From: Squalus acanthias
Taxonomy: Eukaryota
NCBI GenBank assembly: GCA_030390025.1
Contig: CM059438.1
Span: 61,196,001 to 61,260,000 of the forward strand
Length of the DNA: 64,000 nt
Direction: 5' to 3'
Within the stretch, counting starts at the first letter, position 1. Each line of letters starts with the position of its first letter. A model generated the notes under the pieces. The model did no database searches. It was not told where the DNA came from and worked only from the letters and a program-made list of their open reading frames with translations. Positions 1 to 11,364 of the stretch are shown in pieces. Made by a program: the position numbers and the translations under genes.

Positions 1-157
1 CCCTGCGTGGCCATGATGTTTGAATCTTAAGTAGGCCCCCGCCTCCTGTTTTCAGTGGGAGCCTCGTCCAGGGCCTGACTCCCCGCCATTAATATTACAG
101 CAGCTGGGAATGCAGCGGGTTGGAGGAGGGATCTCAATTTAGAATTTGACCCCCACT

Positions 158-2162
158 GTGTGACTGAGTGTGTGTGTGAGGCTGAGGATGTGTGCGAGTG
201 TGTGTGTGCGTGTATGTGTGCGTGTGTGTGGGTGAGTGTGTGTGTGAGTGCGACTGAGTGTGTGTGAGTGTGTGTGTGTGACTGAGTCTGTAAGTGTGTG
301 TGAGTGTGAGTATGAGTATGTGTGGGTGTCTGAATTTGTGTGTGTGTGTGTGTGTGTGTGTGCACCTGAGTGTGTGTGTGTGAGACTGAGTATATGTGTG
401 TTTGTGTGAGTGTGTGTTTGGGTGAGTGTGTGTTTGGGTAAGTGTGCGTGTGTTTTTTTGGATAAGAGTGTGTGTGATTGTGACTGAGTGTGTGCGAGTG
501 TGTTTGGGTGAGTGTGTGCGAGTGTGTTTGGGTGAGTGTGTGCGAGTGTGTTTGGGTGAGTGTGTGCGAGTGTGTTTGGATGAGTGTGTGCGAGTGTGTT
601 TGGGTGAGTGTGTGCGAGTGAGTTTGGGTGAGTGTGTGCGAGTGTGTTTGGGTGAGTGTGTGCGAGTGTGTTTGGGTGAGTGTGTGCGAGTGTGTTTGGG
701 TGAGTGTGTGCGAGTGTGTTTATGTGAGTGTGTGTGAGTGTGTTTGGGTGAGTGTGTGCGAGTGTGTTTGGGTGAGTGTGTGCGAGTGTGTTTGGGTGAG
801 TGTGTGCGAGTGTGTTTGGGGTGAGTGTGTGCGAGTGTGTTTGGATGAGTGTGTGCGAGTGTGTTTGGGTGAGTGTGTGCGAGTGTGTTTGGGTGAGTGT
901 GTGCGAGCGTGTTTGGGTGAGTGTGTGCGAGTGTGTTTGGGTGAGTGTGTGCGAGTGTGTTTGGGTGAGTGTGCGAGTGTGTTTGGGTGAGTGTGTGCGA
1001 GTGTGTTTGGGTGAGTGTGTGCGAGTGTGTTTGGGTGAGTGTGTGCGAGTGTGTTTGGGTGTGTGTGTGCGAATGTGTTTGGATGAGTGTGTGCGAGTGT
1101 GTTTGGGTGAGTGTGTGTGAGTGTGACTGAGTGTGTGCGAGTGTGTTTGGGTGAGTGTGTGTGTGGTTGAGTGTGACTGAGTGTGTGCGAGTGTGTTTGG
1201 GTGAGTGTGTGCGAGTGTGTTTGGGTGAGTGTGTGCGAGTGTGTGCGAGTGTGTTTGGATGAGTGTGTGCGAGTGTGTTTGGGTGAGTGTGTGCGAGTGT
1301 GTTTGGGTGAGTGTGTGCGAGTGTGTTTGGATGAGTGTGTGCGAGTGTGTTTGGGTGAGTGTGTGCGAGTGTGTTTGGGTGAGTGTGTGCGAGTGTGTTT
1401 GGATGAGTGTGTGCGAGTGTGTTTGGGTGAGTGTGTGTGAGTGTGACTGAGTGTGTGCGAGTGTGTTTGGGTGAGTGTGTGTGTGGTTGAGTGTGACTGA
1501 GTGTGTGCGAGTGTGTTTGGGTGAGTGTGTGCGAGTGTGTTTGGGTGAGTGTGTGCGAGTGTGTGCGAGTGTGTTTGGATGAGTGTGTGCGAGTGTGTTT
1601 GGGTGAGTGTGTGCGAGTGTGTTTGGGTGAGTGTGTGCGAGTGTGTGCGAGTGTGTTTGGATGAGTGTGTGCGAGTGTGTGCGAGTGTGTTTGGGTGAGT
1701 GTGTGCGAGTGTGTTTGGGTGAGTGTGTGCGAGTGTGTTTGGGTGAGTGTGTGCAAGTGTGTTTGGGTGAGTGTGTGCAAGTGTGTTTGGGTGAGTGTGT
1801 GCGAGTGTGTTAAGGTGAGTGTGTGCGAGTGTGTTTGGGTGAGTGTGTGCGAGTGTGTTTGGGTGAGTGTGTTTGGGTGAGTGTGTGCGAGTGTGTGCGA
1901 GTGTGTTTGGATGAGTGCGTGCGAGTGTGTTTGGGTGAGTGTGTGTGAGTGTGACTGAGTGTGTGCGAGTGTGTTTGGGTGAGTGTGTGTGTGGTTGAGT
2001 GTGACTGAGTGTGTGTGAGTGTGTTTGGGTGAGTGTGTGCGAGTGTGTTTGGGTGAGTGTGTGCGAGTGTGTTTGGGTGAGTGTGTGCGAGCGTGTTTGG
2101 GTGAGTGTGTGCGAGTGTGTTTGGGTGAGTGTGTGCGAGTGTGTTTGGGTGAGTGTGTGTGA
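158..2162. repeat. TG-rich microsatellite grading into a 24-bp minisatellite (GTGAGTGTGTGCGAGTGTGTTTGG)n
   Basis: Directly visible. Interrupted (TG)n at ~160-480, then a regular 24-bp unit, giving 8-aa periodic translations (HSPKHTRT / ECVRVCLG). Confidence 0.97.
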
Positions 2163-2760
2163 TTACTATAATTTTCCACATGCTTGCTTAAAAATAGATC
2201 AAATTGTCATGCTGCCCATTTATTTCTACATTCTGGGTGGTGCACGCCCTGGATTAACACACCTTTCCAGTTGGGGAGAGGGAACTCTTGAATTGCTCAA
2301 GCTCGCAACCCTCATCACTCTCAGATCAGCACTGGCAAGGACCAAATCAGTTGGAGAACCTGCGACAGGTCCCTTCAGCAGATGAATAATATCCCACTGC
2401 CGACACAAGCAGACCAATGGTTTCCATGGAGTCCAACACACGCCACCGGTGAGCAATGGAAATAAAACAACGAGGCGAACAAATATCTTTATAACTGGCC
2501 TGTCAACAGGAAGACAACAGGAGGATAAACACAGACCACAATGAATGATGTCAGCACAATATAATTCCTAGTACAAAGAGGACTTGAAAACACTTCCCCA
2601 GGAAGTCACTGCATTCTTTCATGGCTATGTTTTTTTTCCCGAAAGATTACATTTTACAAAGCAGTTGGTCATTCAGTAGCACAGCGATCAGGAACAGGCA
2701 TCAGACCATTACCAGCGCACACAGTGCATGTACGTTTTAATTGGGATAGCGCATGTTATC

Positions 2761-2884
2761 TGAGTCAGAAGGTTGTGGGTTCAACTCCCACTCCAGACAC
2801 TTGAACACAAAATCTAGGCTGACACTCCAGTGCAGTGCTGAGGGAGTGCTGCACTGTCGGAGGTGCCGTCTTTTGGATGAGATA
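2761..2884 (+). mobile_element. tRNA-derived SINE with Deu-like central domain, 5' part (continues at ~5582-5635)
   Basis: B-box-like GGTTCAACTCCC at 2779-2790, followed by CAGTGCTGAGGGAGTGCTGCACTGTCGGAGGTGCCGTCTTTTGGATGAGA, which resembles the DeuSINE (AmnSINE1/SacSINE1) core as recalled. Confidence 0.75.
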
Positions 2885-2970
2885 ATGGTCTGGAATTTGC
2901 GGTCCCGATGACGGCAAACTGGTAGCGTTCGCCGTCATTCTGCCTTTGAAACTGACCGGCAACTTCAGAA

Positions 2971-3472
2971 TTTAAGAAAGGAGGGAGAGAGAAAACGGGG
3001 AACTACAAACCAGTTAGTCTGACATCAGTAGTAGGGAAAATGCTAGAATCTATTATTAAGGACGTGGTAACAGGGCACTTAGAAAATAGTAATAGGATTG
3101 GACAGAGTCAACACGGATTTATGAAAGGGAAATCGTGTTTGACAAATCTGTTGGAGTTTTTTGAGGTTGTAACTAGCAGAATAGATAAGGGGGAACCAGT
3201 GGATGTGGTGTATTTGGATTTTCAGAAGGCATTCGATAAGGTGCCACTCAAGAGGTTATTGAACAAAATTAGGGCTCATGGGATTGGGGGTAATACACTA
3301 GCATGGATTGAGGATTGGTTAACGGACAGAAAACAGAGAGTAGGAATAAACGGGTCATTTTCGGGTTGGCAGGCTGTAACGAGTGGGGTACCACAAGGGT
3401 CAATGCTTGAGCCTCAGCTATTCACAATCTTCATCAATGATTTGGATGAGGGAACCAAATGTAATTTATCCA
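2971..3472 (+). mobile_element. CR1 LINE ORF2 reverse-transcriptase fragment
   Basis: Translation includes [35 protein letters not shown] and VTSGVPQGS, typical CR1 RT motifs. Truncated at both ends. Confidence 0.93.
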
Positions 3473-3479
3473 ATAAAAT

Positions 3480-5220
3480 ATACTCTTCAGATGCCTTCCG
3501 CCACTTTAACATTTTCCAGTTTCCTGGCCCCAACCGTCTCCTTTTCACTATGGACGTACAATCCCTCTACACCTCCATCCCCCACCAGGGTGGCCTGAGG
3601 GCGCTCCGCTTCTTCCTTGAACAGAGGCCCAACCAGACCCATCCACCACCACCACCCTCCTCTGCCTGGCTGAACTTGTTCTCACATTGAACAACTTCTC
3701 CTTTGACTCCACTCACTTCCTCCAAATTAAAGGTGTTGCTATGGGAACCCGCATGGGTCCTAGCTATGCCTGCCTTTTCGTGGGATATGTGGAACATTCT
3801 TTGTTCCAGTCCTAATCAGGTCCCCTCCCTCACCTCTTTTTCCGGTACATTGATGACTGTATCGGTGCCGTTTCCTGCTCTCGTCCTGAACTAGAAAATT
3901 TCATTCACTTTGCTTCCAATTTCCACCCTTCGCTCACCTTCACATGGTCCATCTCCGACTCTTCCCTTCCCTTCCTCGACTTCTCCGTCTCCATCTCTGG
4001 GGATAGGCTATTGACAAACATTCACTATAAGCCCACTGACTCCCACAGCTACCTGGACTACACTTCCTCGCACCCCGCTTCCTGTAAGGACTCTATTCCA
4101 TTCTCCCAGTTTCTCCGTCTCTGCCGCATCTGCTCTGACGATGCCACCTTCCATACTAGTGCTTCCGACATGTCTTCCTTTTTCCTCAACTGAGGATTCC
4201 CCTCTACCATGGTTGACACGGCCCTTGACCGTGTCTGTTCTATTTCCCGCACTTCTGCTCTCACCCCTTCCCCTCCCTCCCAGAACCACGATAGGGTTCC
4301 CCTTGTCCTCACCTTTCACCCCACCAACCTTCACATTCAACGGATCATCCTCCGCCATTTCCGCCACCTCCAGTGTGATCCCACCACCAAACGCATCTTC
4401 CCCTCACCTCCCCTTTCAGCATTCCAAAGGGACCGCTCCCTCCACCCTGGTCCACTCCTCTATCACCCCCAGCACCCCTTCCCCTTCGCCCGGCACCTTC
4501 CCGTGCAGGCGCAGGAAATGCAACACCTCCCCTTTTACCTCCTCCTTCCCACTGTCCCGGGCCCCAAACACCTCTTCCAGGTGAAACAGCGATTTACCTG
4601 TACTTCTTGCAATTTAGTATACTGTATTCGCTGCTCACGATGCGGTCTCCTCTACATTGGGGAGACCAATTGCGGATTGGGTGACCGTTTTGCGGAACAC
4701 CTCCATTCAGTCCGTAACGGTGACCCCGAGCTTCCGGTCGCCTGTCACATAATTCTCTGCTCTACTCCCACTCTGACCTCACCGTCCTCGGCCTCTTACA
4801 CTGTTCCAATGAAGCTCAACGTAAGCTCGAGGAACAGCACCTCATCATTCGATTAGGCACTTTACAGCCTTCTGGACTCAACATCGAGTTCAACAATTTC
4901 AGACCATAACCTCCGCCCCTATCATTTTGTTTTCTCTCTCTCTCACATGGCAGCTGTCGATCATTCTGCCATCGCCATTTACACTTCATCTAAAGTCATC
5001 TTTTGTTTCTTAACTTGTCCCATTACCATCTCCTTTTGCCTTGCACCACCATCCCTTTTGTCTCTTAATCTCTCCTGCCTTCCATCCTATCACAGACCTT
5101 CCCTTTTGTTCTTTCCTCCCCTCCCTCCGCTCCCTGCCCCTACACTTGCTTAAAAACCTGTTCCATCACCAACTTTTTCCAGTTCTGACGAAAGGTCATC
5201 GACCTGAAACATTAACTCTC
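3480..5220 (+). mobile_element. Penelope-like retroelement, 5'-truncated and decayed (RT + GIY-YIG endonuclease + 3' pLTR-type end)
   Basis: RT motifs [40 protein letters not shown] and YKPTDSHSYL lie across shifted frames. GIY-YIG-type segment NLVYCIRCSRCGLLYIGET...RFAEH. Stops and frameshifts are present. Confidence 0.92.
5181..5217 (+). ncRNA. Minimal type I hammerhead ribozyme motif in the Penelope 3' end (probably degenerate)
   Basis: AGTT-CTGACGA-A-AGGTC-ATC-GACCT-GAAAC-ATT-AACT: core CUGANGA/GAAA, stem II AGGUC/GACCU, stem I AGUU/AACU. Confidence 0.65.
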
Positions 5221-5581
5221 ATTAACTTTTTGTTTTAAAGTTTGTTCATCTTTATTTCAGGTTCCCCTTTTGCCCATGTGAAAGCCCCAAACTTTGTTTT
5301 GACTCTCTCTCTAACATTTTTTAAAAGTTAGAATTTTAAGAGCTTATCCACCTCCTTGTTCGCTGTCAGTGAGAATTCTACATTTTGATTGGCTGTTTAG
5401 ACAGCTTGTTGACGTCACATCAGCTCGCACTAGGGGATTCCCGCTGGACTCCGTTAATTTAAATTACACATCGGAAAACCCGAACTTCTCGAGACCGAGA
5501 TCGCGAGATCTTTGTGCGAAGCTTACTTCGGGGCCAGTGGCAAACGCCTTTGCTTCGCCGCTGACCGCAAATTCCGGGCGG

Positions 5582-5635
5582 CTAAACCAAGGCCCCAGCT
5601 GCCCTCTCGGGGAAGAGATCCCATGGCACTATTTC
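5582..5635 (+). mobile_element. Continuation of the Deu-like SINE after the TIR element
   Basis: TAAACCAAGGCCCCAGCTGCCCTCTC...AGATCCCATGGCACTATTT continues the recalled Deu-domain sequence where it was interrupted at 2884. Confidence 0.65.
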
Positions 5636-5640
5636 CCAGC

Positions 5641-5800
5641 TATCGATTATCCTATATATATATAAACCATCCGAACGCCTCGATTAGATTCCAGTCTGTA
5701 ACTCACTCCCGGGTATCCATTATGCTATATATAAACCATCCGAACCCCTTGATTAGATTCTAGCCAGTAACTCATTCCCAGGTAGCCGTTATTTTATATA
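5641..5800. repeat. Degenerate ~65-69-bp tandem repeat (TATATAAACCATCCGAAC..GATTAGATTC), resuming at ~6410-6450 after an L2 insertion
   Basis: AAACCATCCGAAC at 5664 and 5733; AACCATCCAAACACCTCGATTAGATTC at 6421. Confidence 0.75.
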
Positions 5801-5804
5801 TTTT

Positions 5805-6408
5805 AGCTCATCTGCTGCTGAAACCCTCTTCCCTGCCTTTGCCACCTCTAGACTTGACTATTCCAATGTTCTCCTGGCTGGCCTCCTATATTCCACCCTC
5901 CATGAACTTGAGCTCATCCAAAACTCTGCTGCCTGTGATCCTAACTTGCACCAAGTCCTGTTCACCCATCACCCCCTGTGCTCACTGACCTACATTGGCT
6001 CCTGGTCCGGCAACACCTCAATTTTAAAATTCCCATTCTTGTTTTCAAATCCCTCTATGGCCTCCTCCAGCCCTGCAACCCTCCGAGATCTCTGCGCTCC
6101 TCCAATTCTGGCCTCTTGCGCATCCCCGATTTTAATCGTTCCACCATTGGCGGCCGTGCCTTCAGCTGCCTAGGGCCTAAGCTCTGGAATTTCCTGCGTA
6201 AACCTCTCTGCCTCTCTACCTCTCTCTCCTCCTTTAAGACACTCGTTAAAACCTACCTCTTTGCCCAAAGCTTTGGGTCACCTGTCCTAATATCTCCTTA
6301 TGTGGCTCGGTGTCAAAATTTGTTTGATAATCGCTCCTGTGAAGCGCCTTGGAAAATTTTACTATGTTAAAGGCGCTATATAAATACAAGTTGCTGTTGA
6401 TGTTGTTA
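5805..6408 (+). mobile_element. L2 (LINE2) 3' fragment
   Basis: SRLDYSNVLLAGL, LHWLLVRQHLNFKI and GGRAFSCLGPKLWN motifs. 3' end AAAGGCGCTATATAAATACAAG followed by a degenerate (GTT)n tail. Confidence 0.9.
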
Positions 6409-6949
6409 TAGATACATATCAACCATCCAAACACCTCGATTAGATTCGGAATCATTATTGTTCTATTACAGCCCTTATGATAACCCATACTGTGGGTATT
6501 AGCCGCTGGTAAGGGGATCCAGTCTGTCATAGTTCTCACTGTTGTAAATGGTGAATAAATCTCTGCAGCATTAACAAAATCTTCCCCCGGCTGAGTTAGT
6601 GCCAGCTTAGTGACTGTGATGAAAATCATTTCCTCTGCGTCAGTATGTACTCACTGAACGGATTTCTGGAATGCCTGAAGTGCCAGACTGAAAGAGAGAG
6701 GGTGTCTTTATTTTCAGGCCGGGGACACACTGACATCCTCTTGTTCACCAACAAGTCAAAATTAAATGGACTCAATCCAGCTTCAAAGATTCTTGTCCTG
6801 AGTTCATGTTTTCAGATTTTTTTTGAATTGGCCAGGAAAAATTCTACGGGTGATCTTTTTTTTTAAATTTAGATGTTGGGCACTTTTAATTTCATGGTGT
6901 CTGTAATTTAGCATTAGAGACTTTTATACTTTTCAAAACTAAGCATTGG

Positions 6950-7710
6950 CATGCTATACCTCCAACAAGCGAGAGTCTAACCACCGCCCCTTGACATTCA
7001 ACGGCATTACCATCGCCGAATCCCCCACCATCAACATCCTGGGGGTCACCATTGACCAGAAACTTAACTGGACCAGCCACATAAATACTGTGGCAACAAG
7101 AGCAGGTCAGAGGTTAGGTATTCTGCTGTGAGTGTCTCACCTCCTGACTCCCCAAAGCCTTTCCACCATCTACAAGGCACAAGTAAGGAGTGTGATGGAA
7201 TACTCTCCACTTGCCTGGATGAGTGCAGCTCCAACAACACTCAAGAAGCTCGACGCCATCCAGGACAAAGCAGCCCGCTTGATTGGCACCCCATCCACCA
7301 CCTTAAACATTCACTCCCTCCACCATCGGCGCACCGTGGCTGCAGTGTGTACCATCTACAAGATGCACTGCAGCAACTCGCCAAGGCTTCTTCGGCAGCA
7401 CCTCCCAAACCCACGACCTCTACCACCTAGAAGGACAAGGGCAGCAGGTGCATGGGAACACCACCACCTCCAAGTTCCCCTCCAAGTTACACACCATCCT
7501 GCCTTAGAAGTATATCGCCGATCCTTCATCGTCGCTGGGTCAAAATCCTGGAACTCCCTCCCTAACAGCACTGTGGGAGTACCTTCACCACACGGACTGC
7601 AGCGGTTCAAGAAGGCGGCTCACCACCACCTTCTCAAGGGCAATTAGGGATGGGCAATAAATGCTGACCTTGTCAGCGACGCCCACATCCCATAACGAAT
7701 AAAAAAAAAA
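6950..7710 (+). mobile_element. CR1/L2-group non-LTR retrotransposon 3' fragment with poly(A) tail
   Basis: ILGVTIDQKLNWTSHI, IYKAQVRSVMEYSPLAW and SWNSLP motifs from the ORF2 C-terminus; short 3' UTR and an A-tract at ~7701-7710. Confidence 0.88.
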
Positions 7711-8328
7711 TCATGAAATGCTCAATGTAGTATTAACCTTCTGCTGAGGTGTGTGCTGATCTATGTCACTTCAAGGCCACGAGCTGTGACTGTTGTTAAG
7801 GAAACGAAGGTGTAGATCAACAAGAGTTTATGGCCGCGGAATTCGGCCCCTTAGCGCTGGCTGAAAAGGCCGGTTTTGGTGAAAAAATGACAGCACGCCT
7901 CACTTCTGCCCACTTCCGCCGGGTCCCGCGGTGGCCATTTTGGGCAGGTCGGCAGCGCTGCCGTTGCCTGCGCTCGCTGGAGAAATGGTAATGAGGCCGA
8001 TCGTGACGTCCATGAGTGTGCAACGCTGATTTGACGCACGACCTGCCATTTTGGACGTCACCGCACCATTCAACACCCTCCCCAAATCACGAGTAGCTGA
8101 GCATGCGTTCAGCAGCAGGAAGGACTCCCACCTGCGCTATTTAAAGGGTTCAGCAACCACTTGCAGCTGACTTGCTTTTCGATTTCTACTGGCTCTGTGT
8201 AAGTTTTGTGCAACTGCTTGGAGCTTTCTACAGTTATTGCAAGTTGGTGAGGAGATGGAATGTTGCTGCAAGTGGAGAACGCCTGCTTCTGATTTAAAGG
8301 GCTCGGCTCACACCACTTGCTCCCAGTC

Positions 8329-8814
8329 ATGGGGGCTCTACTTGCAGCCCCTCTCGCGCTGGAGTATGACAGGGAGATGGAACAGAGGCAGCGAAGAAGA
8401 GGACAAGCTGCTCGCAGAGGGAGGAGGAGGGCTCTCAGCAGGAAGCCTTACCCACCTAGGGTCTTCCGAGAGCACTTCTCCTACCTGCACTTAAGTCAGG
8501 AGCAGTGTATTAGGAGGCTCCGCTTCACCAAGGAGGTGGTCACACAACTCTACCACCTCCTGGAACCAGACTTGCAGCCTCAGAGCAGGACAACGATGCC
8601 GTTCCCAGTGTCCCTCAAGGTCACCGGGGACCTCAATATTTTGGCCACCGGATCCTTCCAGTCTGGAGCAGGAGACACAGCTAACATCTCCCAGATCGCC
8701 ATCCATCGCTGCATCCGGGAGGTCACAGAGGCTCTGTACTCTAAGAGAAGGGACTTCATTGCCTTCTCTCTGAAAAGAGAGAAGGAGGAGGAGCGCGCAT
8801 GTGGCTTTGCCAGG
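8329..8814 (+). pseudogene. Harbinger (HARBI1-family) DDE transposase, N-terminal half
   Basis: PYPPRVFR..LSQEQCIRRLRFTKE..LATGSFQ..ISQIAIHRCIREVTEAL..GFAR resembles the HARBI1-type N-terminal/HTH region. Confidence 0.88.
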
Positions 8815-11364
8815 CCAGGCCGAGCTGCAGACACTGCGATGCATCAGGGAGGGGGAAAGTTACCTGGACACTTTATTCCAGGAGGCAGTCACACCCCTTA
8901 GGATAGGGTCTTCTGATTTGGTCAGTAGTCAGGGACAGGAGGATGTGACTGCGAGTGAGGCAGGTATGGGGACCCAGGAGGTGGAGGAGCCTCAGCCTTT
9001 GCAATTGTCCAACAGGTTTGAGGATTTTGTGGCCTGTATGGATGAAAGCGGTGGCTTCAGGGTGGATGAGCAAACTGACCATGGCACCGAGGTACAGGAA
9101 GCCATTCAAGCGGGGGGAGTTAACAGGAATGTACTGGTAATTGGGGACAGCATAGTCAGGGGGATAGATACAGTTCTCTGCGGCCAAGAGCGAGAGTCCA
9201 GACGGCTATGTTGCCTGCCCGGTGCCAGGGTTCGGGACATCTGCTCTGGGCTGGAGAGGAATCTGCAGTGGGAGGGGGAGGACCCAGTGGACGTGGTCCA
9301 TGTAGATACCAATGACATAGGTAGAACTAGCAAAGAGGTTCTTCTGAGAGAGTAGGAGTAGCTAGGGACTAAATTAAAAAGCAGAACCTCAAGGGTAATA
9401 ATGTCTGCATTATTACCTGAACCACGAGCAAATTGGCATAGGGTAAATAAAATTAGAGAGCTGAATGCGTGGCTCAAAGACTGGTGTGGGAGAAATGGGT
9501 TTCAATTCCTGGGGCACTGGCACCAGTACTGGGGAAAGTGGGATCTGTATCGTTGGGACGGTATTCACCTGAACCATGCTGGGACCAGTGTTCTGGCGAG
9601 TTGTATAACTAGGGCGGTAGAGGGCTTTAAACTAAATATTGGGGGCATGGGATCAAATTTGGGAAGATGTGGTAATTCAAAGATTAGAGACAAGGCAATA
9701 GAGAAAGGTATTAATATGGGAAATGATAAACAGACCGTGACAGGAAGGGATAGAGAGTACAATTCGAAGAGTAAATCAACAGATAAGGCTAGAGGTTACA
9801 AAAATAATAAAAGGACAAAACTAAAGGCTCTGCATCTGAATGCACGTAGTATTCGAAACAAAACAGATGAACTGATAGCGCAAATAGAAATAAATAAATA
9901 TGATCTGATAGCCATTACAGAAACATGGCTGCAGGATGACATAGATTGGGATCTGAATATTGAAGGGCACATGACATTTAGGAAGGACAGGAAGGTGGGA
10001 AAAGGTGGAGGGGTGGCTCTGTTAATTAATGATGGTATTAGCACAATAGAGAGGGATGACCTAAGTTCAGGAAACCAGGATGTAGAAGCGGTTTGGGTAG
10101 AGATGAGAAATAATAAAGGCAAGAAGTCATTTGTGATAGTGGTGTACAGGCCCCCTAACAGTAACCACATGGTAGGATGGAGTATAAAGGAAGAAATAAT
10201 GGGAGCTTGTCAGAAGGGTACAGCAATAATCATGGGGGATTTTAATCTGCATATAGACTGGGAAAATCAGATGGGCAAAGGTAGCATTGATGAGGAGTTC
10301 ATGGAATGTTTTTGGGATAGTTTCGTACAACAGCACGTTCTGGAGCCAACCAGAGAGCAGGCTATACTAGACCTGGTATTGTGCAACGAGATTGGATTAA
10401 TTAATGACCTCATAGTGAAGGCGCCCCTAGGTAGCAGCGATCATAATATGATTGAATTTTACATTCAGTTTGAGAGAGAGAAGAGTGGGTCCAAGACTAG
10501 TATTTTAAACTTAAATAAGGACAATTATGAGGGCATGAAAGCAGAGCTAGCTAAAGTGAACTGACAAATTAGGTTAAGGGATAGGTCAATAGAGTTGCAG
10601 TGGCAGACATTTAAGGGGATATTTCAAAATACACAGAATATATACATTCCAACAAGAAAGAAAAATTCCAAGGAGAGGACCCACCATCCGTGGTTAACTA
10701 AAAAAATTAAAGATAGTATTAAACTTAAAGAAAAAGCACATAATTGCGCAAAGATGGGTGGCAGGTCAGAAGATTGGACAGAATATAAAAAACAGCAAAG
10801 AATGACTAAAAGATTAATAAGGAGAGAAAAATTAGAGTACGAGAGAAAGCTAGCTAGAAATATAAAAACAGATAGTAAGAGTTTCTATAGATATTTGAAA
10901 AAGAAGAGTTAACAAAGTGAGCGTTGGTCCTATAAAAAGTGAGTCTGGGGAATTAATAATGGAAAATAAGGAGATGGCAGTTGAATTGAACAGGTATTTT
11001 GCATCGGTTTTCACTATAGAGGATACAAGTAACATCCCAGAAATAGCTGTAAATCAGGAAATGGAAGGGAGGGAGGAACTCAAGAAAATTATCATCACCA
11101 GGGAAGTGGTACTGAGCAAATTGTTGGAGCTGCGGGCTGACAAGTCCCTGAGTCCTGATGGACTTCATCCTAGGGTCTTAAAGGAAGTGGCTAGTGAGAT
11201 AGTTGATGCGTTGGTTTTAATTTTCCAATATTCCCTAGATTCGGGGAAGGTTCCATTAGGTAGGCAGGAATGTGGAGTAATCAGATCAGCCATGATCTTA
11301 TTGAATGGCGGAGCAGGCTTGAAGGGCCGAGTGGCCTACTCCTGCTCCTAATTCGTATGTTCGT
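8815..11364 (+). mobile_element. CR1 LINE with ORF1 (SGNH/GDSL esterase-like), APE endonuclease and 3' UTR/tail; RT domain deleted
   Basis: ORF1 motifs VLVIGDSIVRG, CCLPGARVRDI, VHVDTNDIG. Endonuclease motifs LNARSIRNK, AITETWL, YRPPNS, MGDFN, LDLVL, SDHN. At ~11260 the sequence jumps to the 3' UTR and a (TTCGTATG) tail. Internal stops at 9355, 10564 and 10912. Confidence 0.93.

Larger units (their letters stand above)
2887..5580. mobile_element. Non-autonomous TIR DNA transposon (PIF/Harbinger-like) carrying nested CR1 and Penelope insertions
   Basis: Left end GGTCTGGAATTTGCGGTC (2887-2904) and right end GACCGCAAATTCCGGGCG (5563-5580) are inverted repeats with a 13-bp perfect core. The element interrupts the SINE, and TAA lies near both ends. 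Confidence 0.7.

Noticed and set aside
27..2385. His/Thr-rich and Cys/Val-rich ORFs (up to 681 aa)
   Set aside because: Translations of the TG/CA minisatellite, open in several frames on both strands.
2271..2448. Exon candidate (CCTTTCCAG| ... CCG|GTGAGC)
   Set aside because: All three plus-strand frames contain a stop between the splice-like sites.
3040..3690. Chimeric CR1-RT / Penelope-RT ORF as a novel fusion protein
   Set aside because: Chance in-frame junction between two truncated insertions; it frameshifts shortly after and neither RT is complete.
9401..10564. ORF1-esterase / endonuclease fusion ORF (387 aa) as a domesticated gene
   Set aside because: Best explained by a small deletion near 9620 that bypasses the usual ORF1 stop (..GCTTTAAACTAA). 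Flanked by in-frame stops at 9355 and 10564, so it is a decayed CR1.
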